Shown here one piece after another: positions 1-9,671 of a stretch of 64,000 nt of DNA. Both the position numbers and the translations under genes were made by a program. Numbering within the stretch: position 1 is the stretch's first letter; every line of letters begins with the position of its first letter. The DNA is from Patescibacteria group bacterium (GTDB taxonomy: Bacteria; Patescibacteriota; Patescibacteriia; XYB2-FULL-38-15), in contig JBAZJZ010000003.1 in NCBI GenBank assembly GCA_041650995.1, positions 22,662-86,661 of the forward strand, in the 5' to 3' direction. The notes beneath the pieces are model-generated. The model was not told the origin of the DNA, did no database searches, and saw nothing but the letters and a program-made list of their open reading frames with translations.

Positions 1-86
1 GCGACAACATCGGCCAATTTCTCTTTACCAAAACCGAACGCCGGCCAATGGTACTTCCAGTCATAATTGAGGTATAATATAAATAT

Positions 87-1067
87 ATGAAACCATGCGT
101 TTTTTCAGGAATAAGACCATCTGGAAGATTGCACATCGGCAATTATTTTGGCGCAATTCAGAATTGGTTAAAACTTCAGGACGAAGCCGATTGCATTTTT
201 GCTGTGGTTGATTATCACGGCATGACCACGCCCTACGATCCGAAAGAAATGATGAAGGAAAAATATGAAGTGGTGTTGGATTATCTGGCCGCTGGGATTG
301 ATCCGAAAAAAAGTACGTTGATTGTCCAGTCCCACGTTCCGGAACACGCTGAACTTGCCTGGATTTTGGGGACAATCACGCCAGTTTCCTGGCTGGAACG
401 CGTGCCGACTTTCAAAGAAAAAGTGGCGTTGCATCCAGAATATATAAATCTCGGACTTTTATCTTATCCGGTTTTGATGGCGGCGGATATTTTGATTTAT
501 AAAGCAAATATCGTGCCGGTCGGAGAAGATCAGCTGCCGCATATTGAACTGGCGCGGGAAATTGCCAACCGTTTTAATAAAATGTTTGGCAAAACTTTTC
601 CTTTGCCCAAAGAAGCGCTGACAAAAGGGGCAAGGATAATGTCCTTAGATGATCCGACGAAAAAAATGAGCAAGACCGGCGGCGGGGGAATTTTACTTTC
701 TGATACGCCGGAAGAAATTTGGAAAAAATTGGCGCCGGCCGTTACTGATCCAGCAAGAAAGCGGGCGACCGATCCGGGTACTCCAGAAATTTGTAATATT
801 TATAGTTTGCATAAAATAATGTCTTTGCCCGAGCAAATAAAAATGGTGGCGGATTCTTGCCGCCATGCTAAATTTGGATGTCTTGATTGCAAAAATATTT
901 TAGTTAAAAATATAGCTGATGAGTTTGAGGATTTTAGAAAGAAAAGAAAAGAGTTGGAAAAGAATCCAGAAAAAGTTCAGGAAATCTTGCGAGTCGGCGC
1001 GGAGCGAGCAAGAAAATTGGCCGCCGAAACTTTGGCTGAAGTGAAAAAGAAAACGGGGTTGGGGTAG
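87..1067 (+). CDS. trpS: tryptophan--tRNA ligase
   Basis: SGIRPSGRLHIGNY (HIGH), YPVLMAADIL, VPVGEDQ, KMSKT motifs. Confidence 0.97.
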   Translation: MKPCVFSGIRPSGRLHIGNYFGAIQNWLKLQDEADCIFAVVDYHGMTTPYDPKEMMKEKYEVVLDYLAAGIDPKKSTLIVQSHVPEHAELAWILGTITPVSWLERVPTFKEKVALHPEYINLGLLSYPVLMAADILIYKANIVPVGEDQLPHIELAREIANRFNKMFGKTFPLPKEALTKGARIMSLDDPTKKMSKTGGGGILLSDTPEEIWKKLAPAVTDPARKRATDPGTPEICNIYSLHKIMSLPEQIKMVADSCRHAKFGCLDCKNILVKNIADEFEDFRKKRKELEKNPEKVQEILRVGAERARKLAAETLAEVKKKTGLG

Positions 1068-1068
1068 A

Positions 1069-1181
1069 ATTCCAAAATCCAAAGCTCAAATGTCAAATCA
1101 AATCCAAAATATCAATGTCAAAATTTAGATTTTAGATTTTAATCATTGATTTGTCATTTAGATTTTGACATTTGGATTTTT
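1069..1181. repeat. inverted array of degenerate 7-bp repeats (AAATCCA/AATGTCA ... TGACATT/TGGATTT)
   Basis: tandem heptamers in the first half mirrored by their complements in the second half, right after the trpS stop. Confidence 0.8.
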
Positions 1182-1275
1182 AGCATCATGGTCTAGTAAT
1201 TTTGAACGTGAAAAAGGTCTTGACATTATCTATAAATTGTGTTATTTTAAGAGATATTTTGGTACCTTAAAATTT

Positions 1276-1734
1276 ATCCGAGTAATGGGTAATCGCTCTC
1301 ATTTTTCCGTTTAAGATCGGGGAAAAGGGGGAGGAAAGTCCGGACACCGTTTCGACATAAAGTCGAAAGAGAGATAGTCGCTAACAGCGACGGGGAGTAT
1401 GCATTGTTGTTTGTGTTGCGTCTGCCGTTTACGCGGCGGGGGCAGCTTAATCGAACATCATTTGATGAAGCCCACGGACAGTGCAACAGAAAATATACCG
1501 CTCGAATCCCGACGAAAGTCGGGGTGAGACCCCGCAGTATTGCGGGGCGGGTAAGGTTGAAATCGTGAGGTAAGAGCTCACGCGGGACAGCCTGGTGACA
1601 GGCGCCGTGGAAAACACCTATCCGGTGCAAGGCAAAAATAGCCGCTTGAGGTTGCGAGCAATCGTGATCCCAGATAGATGATTACCGTTTCGCATCATTG
1701 CGGGATACAGAATCCGGCTTATAGTTACTCGGAT
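1276..1734 (+). ncRNA. rnpB: RNase P RNA
   Basis: GAGGAAAGTCCGGAC, CAGTGCAACAGAAA, GGTAAGAGCTCAC, AGATAGATGATTACC, ACAGAATCCGGCTTA; P1 formed by ATCCGAGTAA/TTACTCGGAT; TTGACA promoter near 1220. Confidence 0.95.
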
Positions 1735-1753
1735 AAATTTTAGGGGATCACTT

Positions 1754-2341
1754 ATGAAAGAATTTATTAAAGTTCAAGATAAAAATTTATTTTTGTTAAA
1801 CACGGAATTGTTGGGGTTAAGAGAGGCGCAACTATGGATTGGTTCGAGGGTTGAAGGTCCGACTGATAATAATGACGAGCGGGTTTTAAAGGAACGAGCC
1901 GAAGAAGAAACAAACAAAAATACGCCGGGTCATCGCATTTCTGGCATTGAAGCAGTCGATCTTTTAGAGAGTGAAAAATTTCCCGGTTGGCTTGAAGTTG
2001 ATACCTCTGATTGGCAACCCGGCATTTATCGATTTAATATTCATAGCAAAGCTTACGTCCAATCGGCTAAAGGAACTCCGTTGCGGCCCATTCGTGATGG
2101 CCAATATTCATGGCCAGGTTTTTCTGAAGAGGATTTAATGAATTTCTGCGACGAGCAAAAAAGTTTTCTGTATTTAGAAAAAAATAAGGCAGGGTTTTGC
2201 ATGCGAATAGAAAAAACGGAAGATGGAGGAATAAGGCCGGCGGGCGATGGGCGGGAATGGATAAAAAATTGGTCAGAAATAAAAAAAGGAGTTGAACAAC
2301 ATCATGCTGATAAAGTAAATCTTGGCAGACAAACTAAATAA
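1754..2341 (+). CDS. hypothetical protein
   Basis: 195-aa ORF, no recognised motif. Confidence 0.7.
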   Translation: MKEFIKVQDKNLFLLNTELLGLREAQLWIGSRVEGPTDNNDERVLKERAEEETNKNTPGHRISGIEAVDLLESEKFPGWLEVDTSDWQPGIYRFNIHSKAYVQSAKGTPLRPIRDGQYSWPGFSEEDLMNFCDEQKSFLYLEKNKAGFCMRIEKTEDGGIRPAGDGREWIKNWSEIKKGVEQHHADKVNLGRQTK

Positions 2342-2348
2342 CATTATT

Positions 2349-3761
2349 ATGCTCAAAAAATCAGAACTTATTTTTTCCGTCATCTTGGTTCCTCTGGATT
2401 TTTTAATGCTCATCTTGGCAGCTCTGGCTGCTTATTTTTTAAGATTTGAAACATTTGCCGCTCTGCGACCGATTATTTATGAAATGCCTTTTGGTAATTT
2501 TTTAAATATCGCGGCGCTCACAGGTTTTCTTTGGCTTGCTATTTTTGCCCTCTCTGGACTTTACACGATTGGCGGAACGAGGCGAATTTTAGACGAACTC
2601 GCCAAAATTTTTTTAGCGTGTTCTGCCGGTTTAGCTGTCATAATTGTTTTGATTTTTTTCAATCGTGATTTATTTTCTTCCCGCTTTATAATTCTTGCTG
2701 CCTGGATCTTTGCCATTATTTTTGTGAGTTTTGGCCGGTTAGCCACGCGCTTTATTCAACGGGCGTTTTTTCGTCGAGGTATTGGCGTTCATCGAGTTGT
2801 GATTGTCGGTGAAGATAAAGCGGCTGATATTTTAGTTAATGAATTTTATAAAAATTCAGGGCTTGGCTTAAAGGTTATTAAAAGATACAAGAAATTTGAT
2901 GACGAAGCGGCGAGGGAGCTTGAAGAAATTTATCGGGCTGTCGGAGTTGACGAAATAATTCAGGCGCAAGGAGGAGCGAGTCGGGAGGAGACGATGAATC
3001 TTATTGATTTCTGCAACGAGCATCACATAGTTTTTAAGTATTCGGCTGATATTTTTTCCGTACAAGCAGCTAAAATTGATATCCGTGATTATGCCGGTGT
3101 GCCGGTTGCGGAAATTAAAAGAACTCGCCTTGAAGGTTGGGGGAGAATTTATAAAAGAATTTTTGATATTATTGGTTCGTTGATTTTGATGATTCTTTTT
3201 TCGCCGATCATGATTTTAACGGCTATTGCCATTAAGCTAGATTCTCGCGGTCCGATTTTTTGGAGCAAACTGGATGATGGAACGCCCGTAGAGAGAGTCG
3301 GCCAGAATGGCACCCCCTTTCATTACTTTAAATTTCGATCCATGAAGCCGCACACCCATAATTTGCGCTACACAGCGCTGGCCGAGCAGGATTTTAGAAA
3401 AGGGCCGCTTGTTAAAATTAAAGATGATCCGCGAATCACGCGCGTGGGAAAATTTATCCGACGTTTCAGTATTGATGAGTTGCCAGAGTTTTTTTTAGTG
3501 TTGACTGGAAAAATGAGTTTGGCTGGTCCGCGGCCGCATTTGCCCGAAGAGGTTGCTAGGTATAAAAAACACCACAAAAAAGTTTTAATTGTTAAGCCGG
3601 GCATCACGGGTCTTGCTCAAATTTCCGGTCGGGCCGATCTTGATTTTGAAGAAGAAGTTAAAATTGATGTATATTATATTGAAAATTGGTCGCTAAAACT
3701 CGATTTGTATATTTTGTTTAAAACCCCTTTAGTTGTTTTATTCGGCAAGGGGAGTGCCTAG
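2349..3761 (+). CDS. polyprenyl glycosylphosphotransferase (WcaJ/WbaP-like sugar transferase)
   Basis: N-terminal TMs; KRIFDI, FKFRSM, DPRITRVG, SIDELP, KPGITGLAQ; start moved to ATG 2349. Confidence 0.93.
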   Translation: MLKKSELIFSVILVPLDFLMLILAALAAYFLRFETFAALRPIIYEMPFGNFLNIAALTGFLWLAIFALSGLYTIGGTRRILDELAKIFLACSAGLAVIIVLIFFNRDLFSSRFIILAAWIFAIIFVSFGRLATRFIQRAFFRRGIGVHRVVIVGEDKAADILVNEFYKNSGLGLKVIKRYKKFDDEAARELEEIYRAVGVDEIIQAQGGASREETMNLIDFCNEHHIVFKYSADIFSVQAAKIDIRDYAGVPVAEIKRTRLEGWGRIYKRIFDIIGSLILMILFSPIMILTAIAIKLDSRGPIFWSKLDDGTPVERVGQNGTPFHYFKFRSMKPHTHNLRYTALAEQDFRKGPLVKIKDDPRITRVGKFIRRFSIDELPEFFLVLTGKMSLAGPRPHLPEEVARYKKHHKKVLIVKPGITGLAQISGRADLDFEEEVKIDVYYIENWSLKLDLYILFKTPLVVLFGKGSA

Positions 3762-3765
3762 ATTT

Positions 3766-4866
3766 ATGAAAGTCGCTTTGATTCATGATCATCTGACGCA
3801 AGATGGAGGGGCGGAAAGGGTGCTTAGGGTTTTTCGGGAAATTTTTCCAGAAGCTCCGGTTTATACCCTGGTTTATGATAAGAAAAAAATGGGAGCGGAG
3901 TTTGACGGAAAAAATATCAGAACATCTTTTATTCAAAAAATTCCCGGGGGAGTAAAAAAATTTAAATGGTTTTTGCCCCTGATGCCACTGGCTACGGAAA
4001 AACACGAATTGGACAGCTACGATGTGGTTCTTTCAAATTCCAGCGCGCTTTCAAAGGGCGTGATTACGCGCCCGGATGCCCTGCACATTTGTTATTGCCA
4101 TACGCCGACAAGATATCTTTGGACCGATACGCATCTTTATATCAAAGAATTGTCACATGGATCGCTCGTGAAAAAGGCCGTGTCGTTAATGCTTCCGAAA
4201 CTTAGAATGTGGGATCGGATGGCGGCCGAGAGAGTTGATAAATTTGTCGCCAATTCCAAAACCGTCCAGAAAAGAATTTCCAAATATTACGGCCGGGAAA
4301 GCGAGGTAATTTATCCGCCGGTTGATGTTTCAGAATTTAAAATTTCTGAGGCGCAAAAAAGATATTATTTAGCCGGCGGGAGATTGGTGCCATATAAAAG
4401 ATTCGATTTGGTTGTGCAGGCTTTTAACAAACTCGGCATTCCTTTAAAAATTTTTGGCGAAGGTCCGGAATTGCAAAAATTAAAAGAAATGGCCAAGGCT
4501 AATATTGAATTTTTAGGAAAGGTAACTGATGAAGAGAAAAAAGAGTTGTATGGAAAATGCATCGCCTTTATTCATCCGCAGGAAGAAGATTTTGGTTTAA
4601 TGGTAATTGAAGCTATGGCTTCTGGTCGGCCGGTTATTGCCTATCCTAAAGGCGGAGCGACGGAAACGGTGGCCGCGGGGAAAACGGGAACTTTTTTCCC
4701 GGATCAAAGCTGGGAATCGCTCGCGCATACGATTATTAGATTTAATCCAGAAGAATATAGACCGGAGGAAATTCGGGGGCACGCGGCGCAATTTGATACA
4801 ACAACCTTTAAGGATAAAATAAAAAGCTACATAGAAAATAGTTGGCAAGAATTTCAGAGTAAATAA
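3766..4866 (+). CDS. glycosyltransferase family 4
   Basis: MKVALIHDHL..GGAERV, YCHTPTRYLW, EDFGLMVIEA. Confidence 0.93.
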   Translation: MKVALIHDHLTQDGGAERVLRVFREIFPEAPVYTLVYDKKKMGAEFDGKNIRTSFIQKIPGGVKKFKWFLPLMPLATEKHELDSYDVVLSNSSALSKGVITRPDALHICYCHTPTRYLWTDTHLYIKELSHGSLVKKAVSLMLPKLRMWDRMAAERVDKFVANSKTVQKRISKYYGRESEVIYPPVDVSEFKISEAQKRYYLAGGRLVPYKRFDLVVQAFNKLGIPLKIFGEGPELQKLKEMAKANIEFLGKVTDEEKKELYGKCIAFIHPQEEDFGLMVIEAMASGRPVIAYPKGGATETVAAGKTGTFFPDQSWESLAHTIIRFNPEEYRPEEIRGHAAQFDTTTFKDKIKSYIENSWQEFQSK

Positions 4867-4867
4867 T

Positions 4868-6013
4868 ATGAATGTCGGCATTGACGTAAGATCATTACTT
4901 GAAAAAGAGCGGAGTGGCGTTGGGGAGTATACGTATGAACTCTTGAACGCCATTTTTAATATTGATAAAGAAAATCAATATTATCTTTTTTATAATTCCT
5001 TTAAAAAAGTTGGAGATAATTTTTTGGCAGAGTGGAAAAAACATCAGAATGTTCATTTTTGTGGATTTGGTTGGCCGAACAAATTATTGAATTTTTGTTT
5101 TAAATTTTTGAAGCGGCCCAGGGTTGATAAGACAATATTGCCAAAAGGTAAAATTGATTTATTTTTTATTCCAAATCTAAATTTTATTGCTCTATCGTCT
5201 GGCCTCCGAAAAATAATCACGGTTCACGATTTATCTTTTGAATTTTTTCCGAAATTTTTTTCTTGGAAGCGGCAATTATGGCATTGGTTTATAAATCCGC
5301 GCAAATTAATCAGCGGCGCAGATAAAATTATCGCCGTTTCGGAAAATACAAAAAGAGATTTGATTAATTTTTATAAAATTCCCGCGGAAAAAATAAAAAT
5401 AATCTATTCCGGCGTCGCCTGCCGTGAAAATGTTTTAGATATTGACGAAGTTAATAAAAAATATAATTTGCCAGATAATTTTATTTTATTTTTGGGGACG
5501 CTTGAACCAAGAAAAAATATTGATGGTCTGGTCCGCGCGTTTGAAATTTTAAAATCTTATCAGCCTATTGGCTTATCTGCTTATCAGCTGGTAATTGTCG
5601 GTCCGCGGGGGTGGCTTTATAAAAAAATATTGGCCCGCGCGGAAAAAAGTCCGGCGCGCGATGATATCAAATTTATAAATTATATTTCTCCCGAAGAAAA
5701 ATTTTCTTTTTATAAATTGGCCAAACTTTTTGTCTACCCGTCTTTCTATGAGGGATTTGGATTTCCTCCATTAGAAGCGACCCGAGCCGGAACGCCGGCA
5801 ATTGTAAGTTCAGTTTCATCTTTGCCCGAGGTTATCGGCGAAGCGGCTTTGATGGTTGATCCAAATAATCCGGCCGAGCTGGCAAAAGTAATGGCTGAAT
5901 GTTTGACCGATGAAAATCTACGCGCTACCTTGATTGAAAAAGGCAAAGCGCAAGCGGAAAAATTTAGCTGGACAAATGCCGCGAGGGAATTTTTGTCGCT
6001 AATTAATCAGTAA
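4868..6013 (+). CDS. glycosyltransferase family 4 (mannosyltransferase-like)
   Basis: TVHDL, GTLEPRKN, YEGFGFPPLEA. Confidence 0.93.
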   Translation: MNVGIDVRSLLEKERSGVGEYTYELLNAIFNIDKENQYYLFYNSFKKVGDNFLAEWKKHQNVHFCGFGWPNKLLNFCFKFLKRPRVDKTILPKGKIDLFFIPNLNFIALSSGLRKIITVHDLSFEFFPKFFSWKRQLWHWFINPRKLISGADKIIAVSENTKRDLINFYKIPAEKIKIIYSGVACRENVLDIDEVNKKYNLPDNFILFLGTLEPRKNIDGLVRAFEILKSYQPIGLSAYQLVIVGPRGWLYKKILARAEKSPARDDIKFINYISPEEKFSFYKLAKLFVYPSFYEGFGFPPLEATRAGTPAIVSSVSSLPEVIGEAALMVDPNNPAELAKVMAECLTDENLRATLIEKGKAQAEKFSWTNAAREFLSLINQ

Positions 6014-6092
6014 TTGTTAAATAAAAGAAAGATGCAAAGGGCCAAAGAGGCCCTCTTTTTACTTGTGTACGATTTTTTGCTATAATTAATCT

Positions 6093-7322
6093 ATGAAAAT
6101 AGGTATTGATGCTCGTTTTTTTGGGCCGGTGGGTAAGGGTTTGGGAAGATATGTGGAGCGATTGGTAGAAAATCTGGAAAAACTTGACCCCATACGAAGT
6201 TTCAGTAAACCGATGAACTCGGCTGGGCAACAGTCAGAAGAGAAATCGAATGGTGGACACACTGACAAAACCTCTACTTCGTACGGGGCGGGTCCCCAAA
6301 ATGAATACATAATTTTTTTGCGAAAAGAAAATTGGGATTATTACGCTCCCAAATTTTCCAATTTCAAAAAAGTTTTGGCCGACTATCCATGGTACAGTTT
6401 AAAAGAACAGATAATGATGCCACTCGCGATCCGGCGGGAAAAACTAGACCTTGTCCATTTTCCGCACTTTAACATTCCTATTTTTTGTTCGACAAAATTT
6501 GTCGCGACAATTCATGATTTGATTTTGCTTCAATTTCCAACTCCGCGGGCGACAACTCTCGGTCCGTTACTTTATAAAATAAAATATTTTGGTTATCGGC
6601 TCGTGATCGGTCTTGGCCTTCGGCGGGCAAAAAAAGTCATTACCGTTTCCGATTGCACAAAAAAAGAATTGGTAAAATTTTTTAAAATCAATCCGGGAAA
6701 AATCGCCGTCACCTACGAAGCTTGCGACGGCGTGGAGTATGGCCAGTTAAAGATGCCGGAGAGAAAACACCTAGTGAAATTTGGAATTACAAAACCGTAT
6801 TTGCTTTACGTCGGCAACGCTTATCCGCATAAAAATTTAGAAGGACTGATAAAAATTTTTCCTAAATTAAATTTGAATTGCCAGTTAGTGCTTGTCGGCC
6901 GTGAGGATTATTTTTATAAAAGGATGAAAGGGGAAATTAAAGGAACGCCGATTGAAAAAAATATTATTTTTACAGATTTTGTTTCAGAGGCGGTTCTAGC
7001 CGATCTCTACCGCAACGCGCGAGTTTATGTTTTTCCGTCATTTGTGGAAGGATTTGGTCTACCTGGCCTTGAAGCTATGAGCTATGGTTTGCCGCTTGCG
7101 GCTTCAAATTCCTCCTGCCTTCCGGAAATTTATGGTGATGCCGCGATTTATTTTAATCCAAAAGACGAGCAAGACATGATAGAAAAAATAAAATTTGTTT
7201 GGACAGACGAGCCGACGCGGAAAAACCTTATAAAATTGGGCCTGGAACAGGTTAAAAAATATAGTTGGAAAAATTTAGCCGAAAAAACTTTACAAATTTA
7301 CCAAAATGCCGGCAAGAATTAA
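6093..7322 (+). CDS. glycosyltransferase family 4 with in-frame insertion near the N-terminus
   Basis: MKIGIDAR, GLGRY, TIHDL, YPHKN, EGFGLPGLEA. Confidence 0.92.
   Translation: MKIGIDARFFGPVGKGLGRYVERLVENLEKLDPIRSFSKPMNSAGQQSEEKSNGGHTDKTSTSYGAGPQNEYIIFLRKENWDYYAPKFSNFKKVLADYPWYSLKEQIMMPLAIRREKLDLVHFPHFNIPIFCSTKFVATIHDLILLQFPTPRATTLGPLLYKIKYFGYRLVIGLGLRRAKKVITVSDCTKKELVKFFKINPGKIAVTYEACDGVEYGQLKMPERKHLVKFGITKPYLLYVGNAYPHKNLEGLIKIFPKLNLNCQLVLVGREDYFYKRMKGEIKGTPIEKNIIFTDFVSEAVLADLYRNARVYVFPSFVEGFGLPGLEAMSYGLPLAASNSSCLPEIYGDAAIYFNPKDEQDMIEKIKFVWTDEPTRKNLIKLGLEQVKKYSWKNLAEKTLQIYQNAGKN
6188..6288. mobile_element. MITE-like in-frame insertion with 13-bp terminal inverted repeats
   Basis: CCCCATACGAAGT (6188-6200) vs ACTTCGTACGGGG (6276-6288), 12/13 complementary; adds about 34 low-complexity residues. 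Confidence 0.65.
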
Positions 7323-9642
7323 AAAAAAATTGGAGATGAAAATAGCCCCGAACATGGGAGAACACCCGTCGCCGCATGTTTTAGATTTGAAAAAAGTAGT
7401 GGCGAAAAAAAGTGAGGCAGTAAAACTTCCGGAAGAGTCGGTAAGGACAGCGGGCTTTAAGGCTCCAGTCAAACGCGAGAGAATAAACAGGTTGACTTTT
7501 GTCCGCGCAAGAATTGCCCTTACGAGAAATGTTAGAAATTTTATCTCTTTTTTCCTCCGCGGTCCGCAGAGATTATTTAAAAATTTAGGGTTGGGGATTC
7601 TTGCTGTTCCCAGATTTTTTAAATTTTTAAGTTTTGCCTTCGCTGATTGTAAAAAATTATTAAGTTTTGGAGCGTTAGCTTTTCTTTTTATCCTGCCGCT
7701 CCAAACATTTTCTTATTACGAGTCGCTCCGAGAGACCGAAAAAGCAACTCTTCAGACGGCCGAAGAGGCTTACGCAAATTTATCGGCTGGCGGCGTGGAA
7801 ATTATGAGTGCTGATTTTTCCGGCGCGGCGGATAATTTCAGCCAGGCCGCGCGCGCTTTTTCCCGTTCGGGCGAAGAAATTGGACAAGTTAATTCCATTG
7901 TTTTAAATCTTCTCCGAGCTATGCCAGGCGAGGGAGAAAAATTGGAAGCGGGCGAAGCGCTCCTTTTTGCTGGAGAAAAATTAACCTTGGCCGGGGAGAA
8001 TATTCTTAGAAGTTTAGCTAATTTTCCCGCGGCGGCGAGCGATAAAAAATTAACAGAAAAGTTAAAAATTTTAAGAGATCATTTGTCAATGGTCCTGCCC
8101 GACGTGGCTGCAGCATCGGATAAGGTTTATGCCATAAAAATTCAGGCCGTGCCCGAGGACAAGCGGGAGGTTTTTCAAATCTTACAAGGAAAATTACCGC
8201 AGCTCGTTTCCAGTATGAAAAATTTAATTTCGGTTTCCGATTTACTGATAAAATTTTTGGGCGACGAAATGGACAAAAGATACTTAGTGATTTTCCAAAA
8301 TCCCGGAGAAATACGGCCGACAGGCGGTTTTATTGGAAGTTTAGCTCTGGTTGATTTTGATCGAGGAGAAATAAAAAATATGGAAGTGCCGGGCGGAGGG
8401 TCTTACGATTTTCAAGGATCGCTAAAAGAGAGAATTGCCTCGCCTGAACCATTGCAACTTATCGCGGCCAGGTGGCAGCTTCAGGACGCGAACTGGTTTT
8501 TTGATTTTCCGACATCTGCGCAAAAAATAAAATGGTTTTATGAAAAAAGCGGTGGACCCACTATTGACGGAGTTATTGCCGTGAACGCAGATTTAATCGC
8601 AGATCTTTTAGCCGTTGTCGGTCCGATTGAAATGCCAGAATACGGTAAAACTCTAAGTAAAGAAAATTTCATTGAAGAAATTCAAAAAGCCGTGGAAATA
8701 GAATACGACAAGGCGGAGAATAAGCCGAAGAAAATCATTGGTGATATGGCCCCGAAATTGATAGCCAAATTAATTTCCGCCGGACCGAAACAGTTTGGTG
8801 AAATTTTATCAACACTTCTTCGCGCGCAGAAGGAAAAAAATATTTTGCTTTATTCTACTTTTCCGGAAATAGAACACGAAATTAAAAATTTTGATTGGGG
8901 CGGAGAAGTAAAATCCGTTCCGGAAAAGGTGGATTATCTGGCTGTGGTTAATACTAACATAGGCGGGCAAAAAACCGATCGGGTGATAGAACAGGCAGTA
9001 AATCTTGAAACGAATATCGTTGAAGGCGGCTATATTAAAAATAAGTTAACTATTACGAGAGCGCATAAAGGAATTAAAAGAGAATTGTTTACCGGCGTTA
9101 GGAATGTCGATTACCTAAGAGTTTATGTTCCTCTTGGCAGTTCCTTAATTTCAGCTACAGGATTTGAAGCTCCGCCGGCAAGCCTGTTTGAAAAACCGGA
9201 GGGTGATTATAAAATTGATATTGATTTAAAAAATAGCGAAAGATCTTCGGTCGACGCGCCGAGTGGAACATCAATTTCCAGCGAGTCCGGCAAAACAGTT
9301 TTTGGAAATTGGGTTCAAGTTGATCCGGGTGAGACGGCTACGGTTACCCTAGAATATATTTTACCTTTTAGACTTTCTTTGTCGGTTTTGGAGAAAAGTT
9401 GGTGGGATAATTTTGAAGAGAAATTTGGACAAAAAAAGGATTCGAGCGAAGTTTATCAACTGTTAGTTCAAAAACAATCGGGAGTATTATCAAATTTCAC
9501 GAGTAGCTTAAGTTTTCCTTGCGAGTGGCAGTTGGCCTGGCAATCGGGAAACGGCGTGAAAGTTGGTGCGGTGTCAATAGAATCTCAGAGCCAATTGGAT
9601 TCGGATAGATTTTATTTATTCGGTTTTACTTTAGCAGATTAG
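7306..9642 (+). CDS. DUF4012-domain membrane protein
   Basis: YLVIFQNPGEIRPTGGFIGS, DANWFFDFPTSA, DGVIAV, DYLRVYVP. Confidence 0.85.
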   Translation: MPARIKKKLEMKIAPNMGEHPSPHVLDLKKVVAKKSEAVKLPEESVRTAGFKAPVKRERINRLTFVRARIALTRNVRNFISFFLRGPQRLFKNLGLGILAVPRFFKFLSFAFADCKKLLSFGALAFLFILPLQTFSYYESLRETEKATLQTAEEAYANLSAGGVEIMSADFSGAADNFSQAARAFSRSGEEIGQVNSIVLNLLRAMPGEGEKLEAGEALLFAGEKLTLAGENILRSLANFPAAASDKKLTEKLKILRDHLSMVLPDVAAASDKVYAIKIQAVPEDKREVFQILQGKLPQLVSSMKNLISVSDLLIKFLGDEMDKRYLVIFQNPGEIRPTGGFIGSLALVDFDRGEIKNMEVPGGGSYDFQGSLKERIASPEPLQLIAARWQLQDANWFFDFPTSAQKIKWFYEKSGGPTIDGVIAVNADLIADLLAVVGPIEMPEYGKTLSKENFIEEIQKAVEIEYDKAENKPKKIIGDMAPKLIAKLISAGPKQFGEILSTLLRAQKEKNILLYSTFPEIEHEIKNFDWGGEVKSVPEKVDYLAVVNTNIGGQKTDRVIEQAVNLETNIVEGGYIKNKLTITRAHKGIKRELFTGVRNVDYLRVYVPLGSSLISATGFEAPPASLFEKPEGDYKIDIDLKNSERSSVDAPSGTSISSESGKTVFGNWVQVDPGETATVTLEYILPFRLSLSVLEKSWWDNFEEKFGQKKDSSEVYQLLVQKQSGVLSNFTSSLSFPCEWQLAWQSGNGVKVGAVSIESQSQLDSDRFYLFGFTLAD

Positions 9643-9671
9643 ATAATTTTTAAAATAATTAAATTTAAAAT

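Noticed and set aside
1274-1630. 118-aa minus-strand ORF
   Set aside because: Antisense shadow of RNase P RNA.
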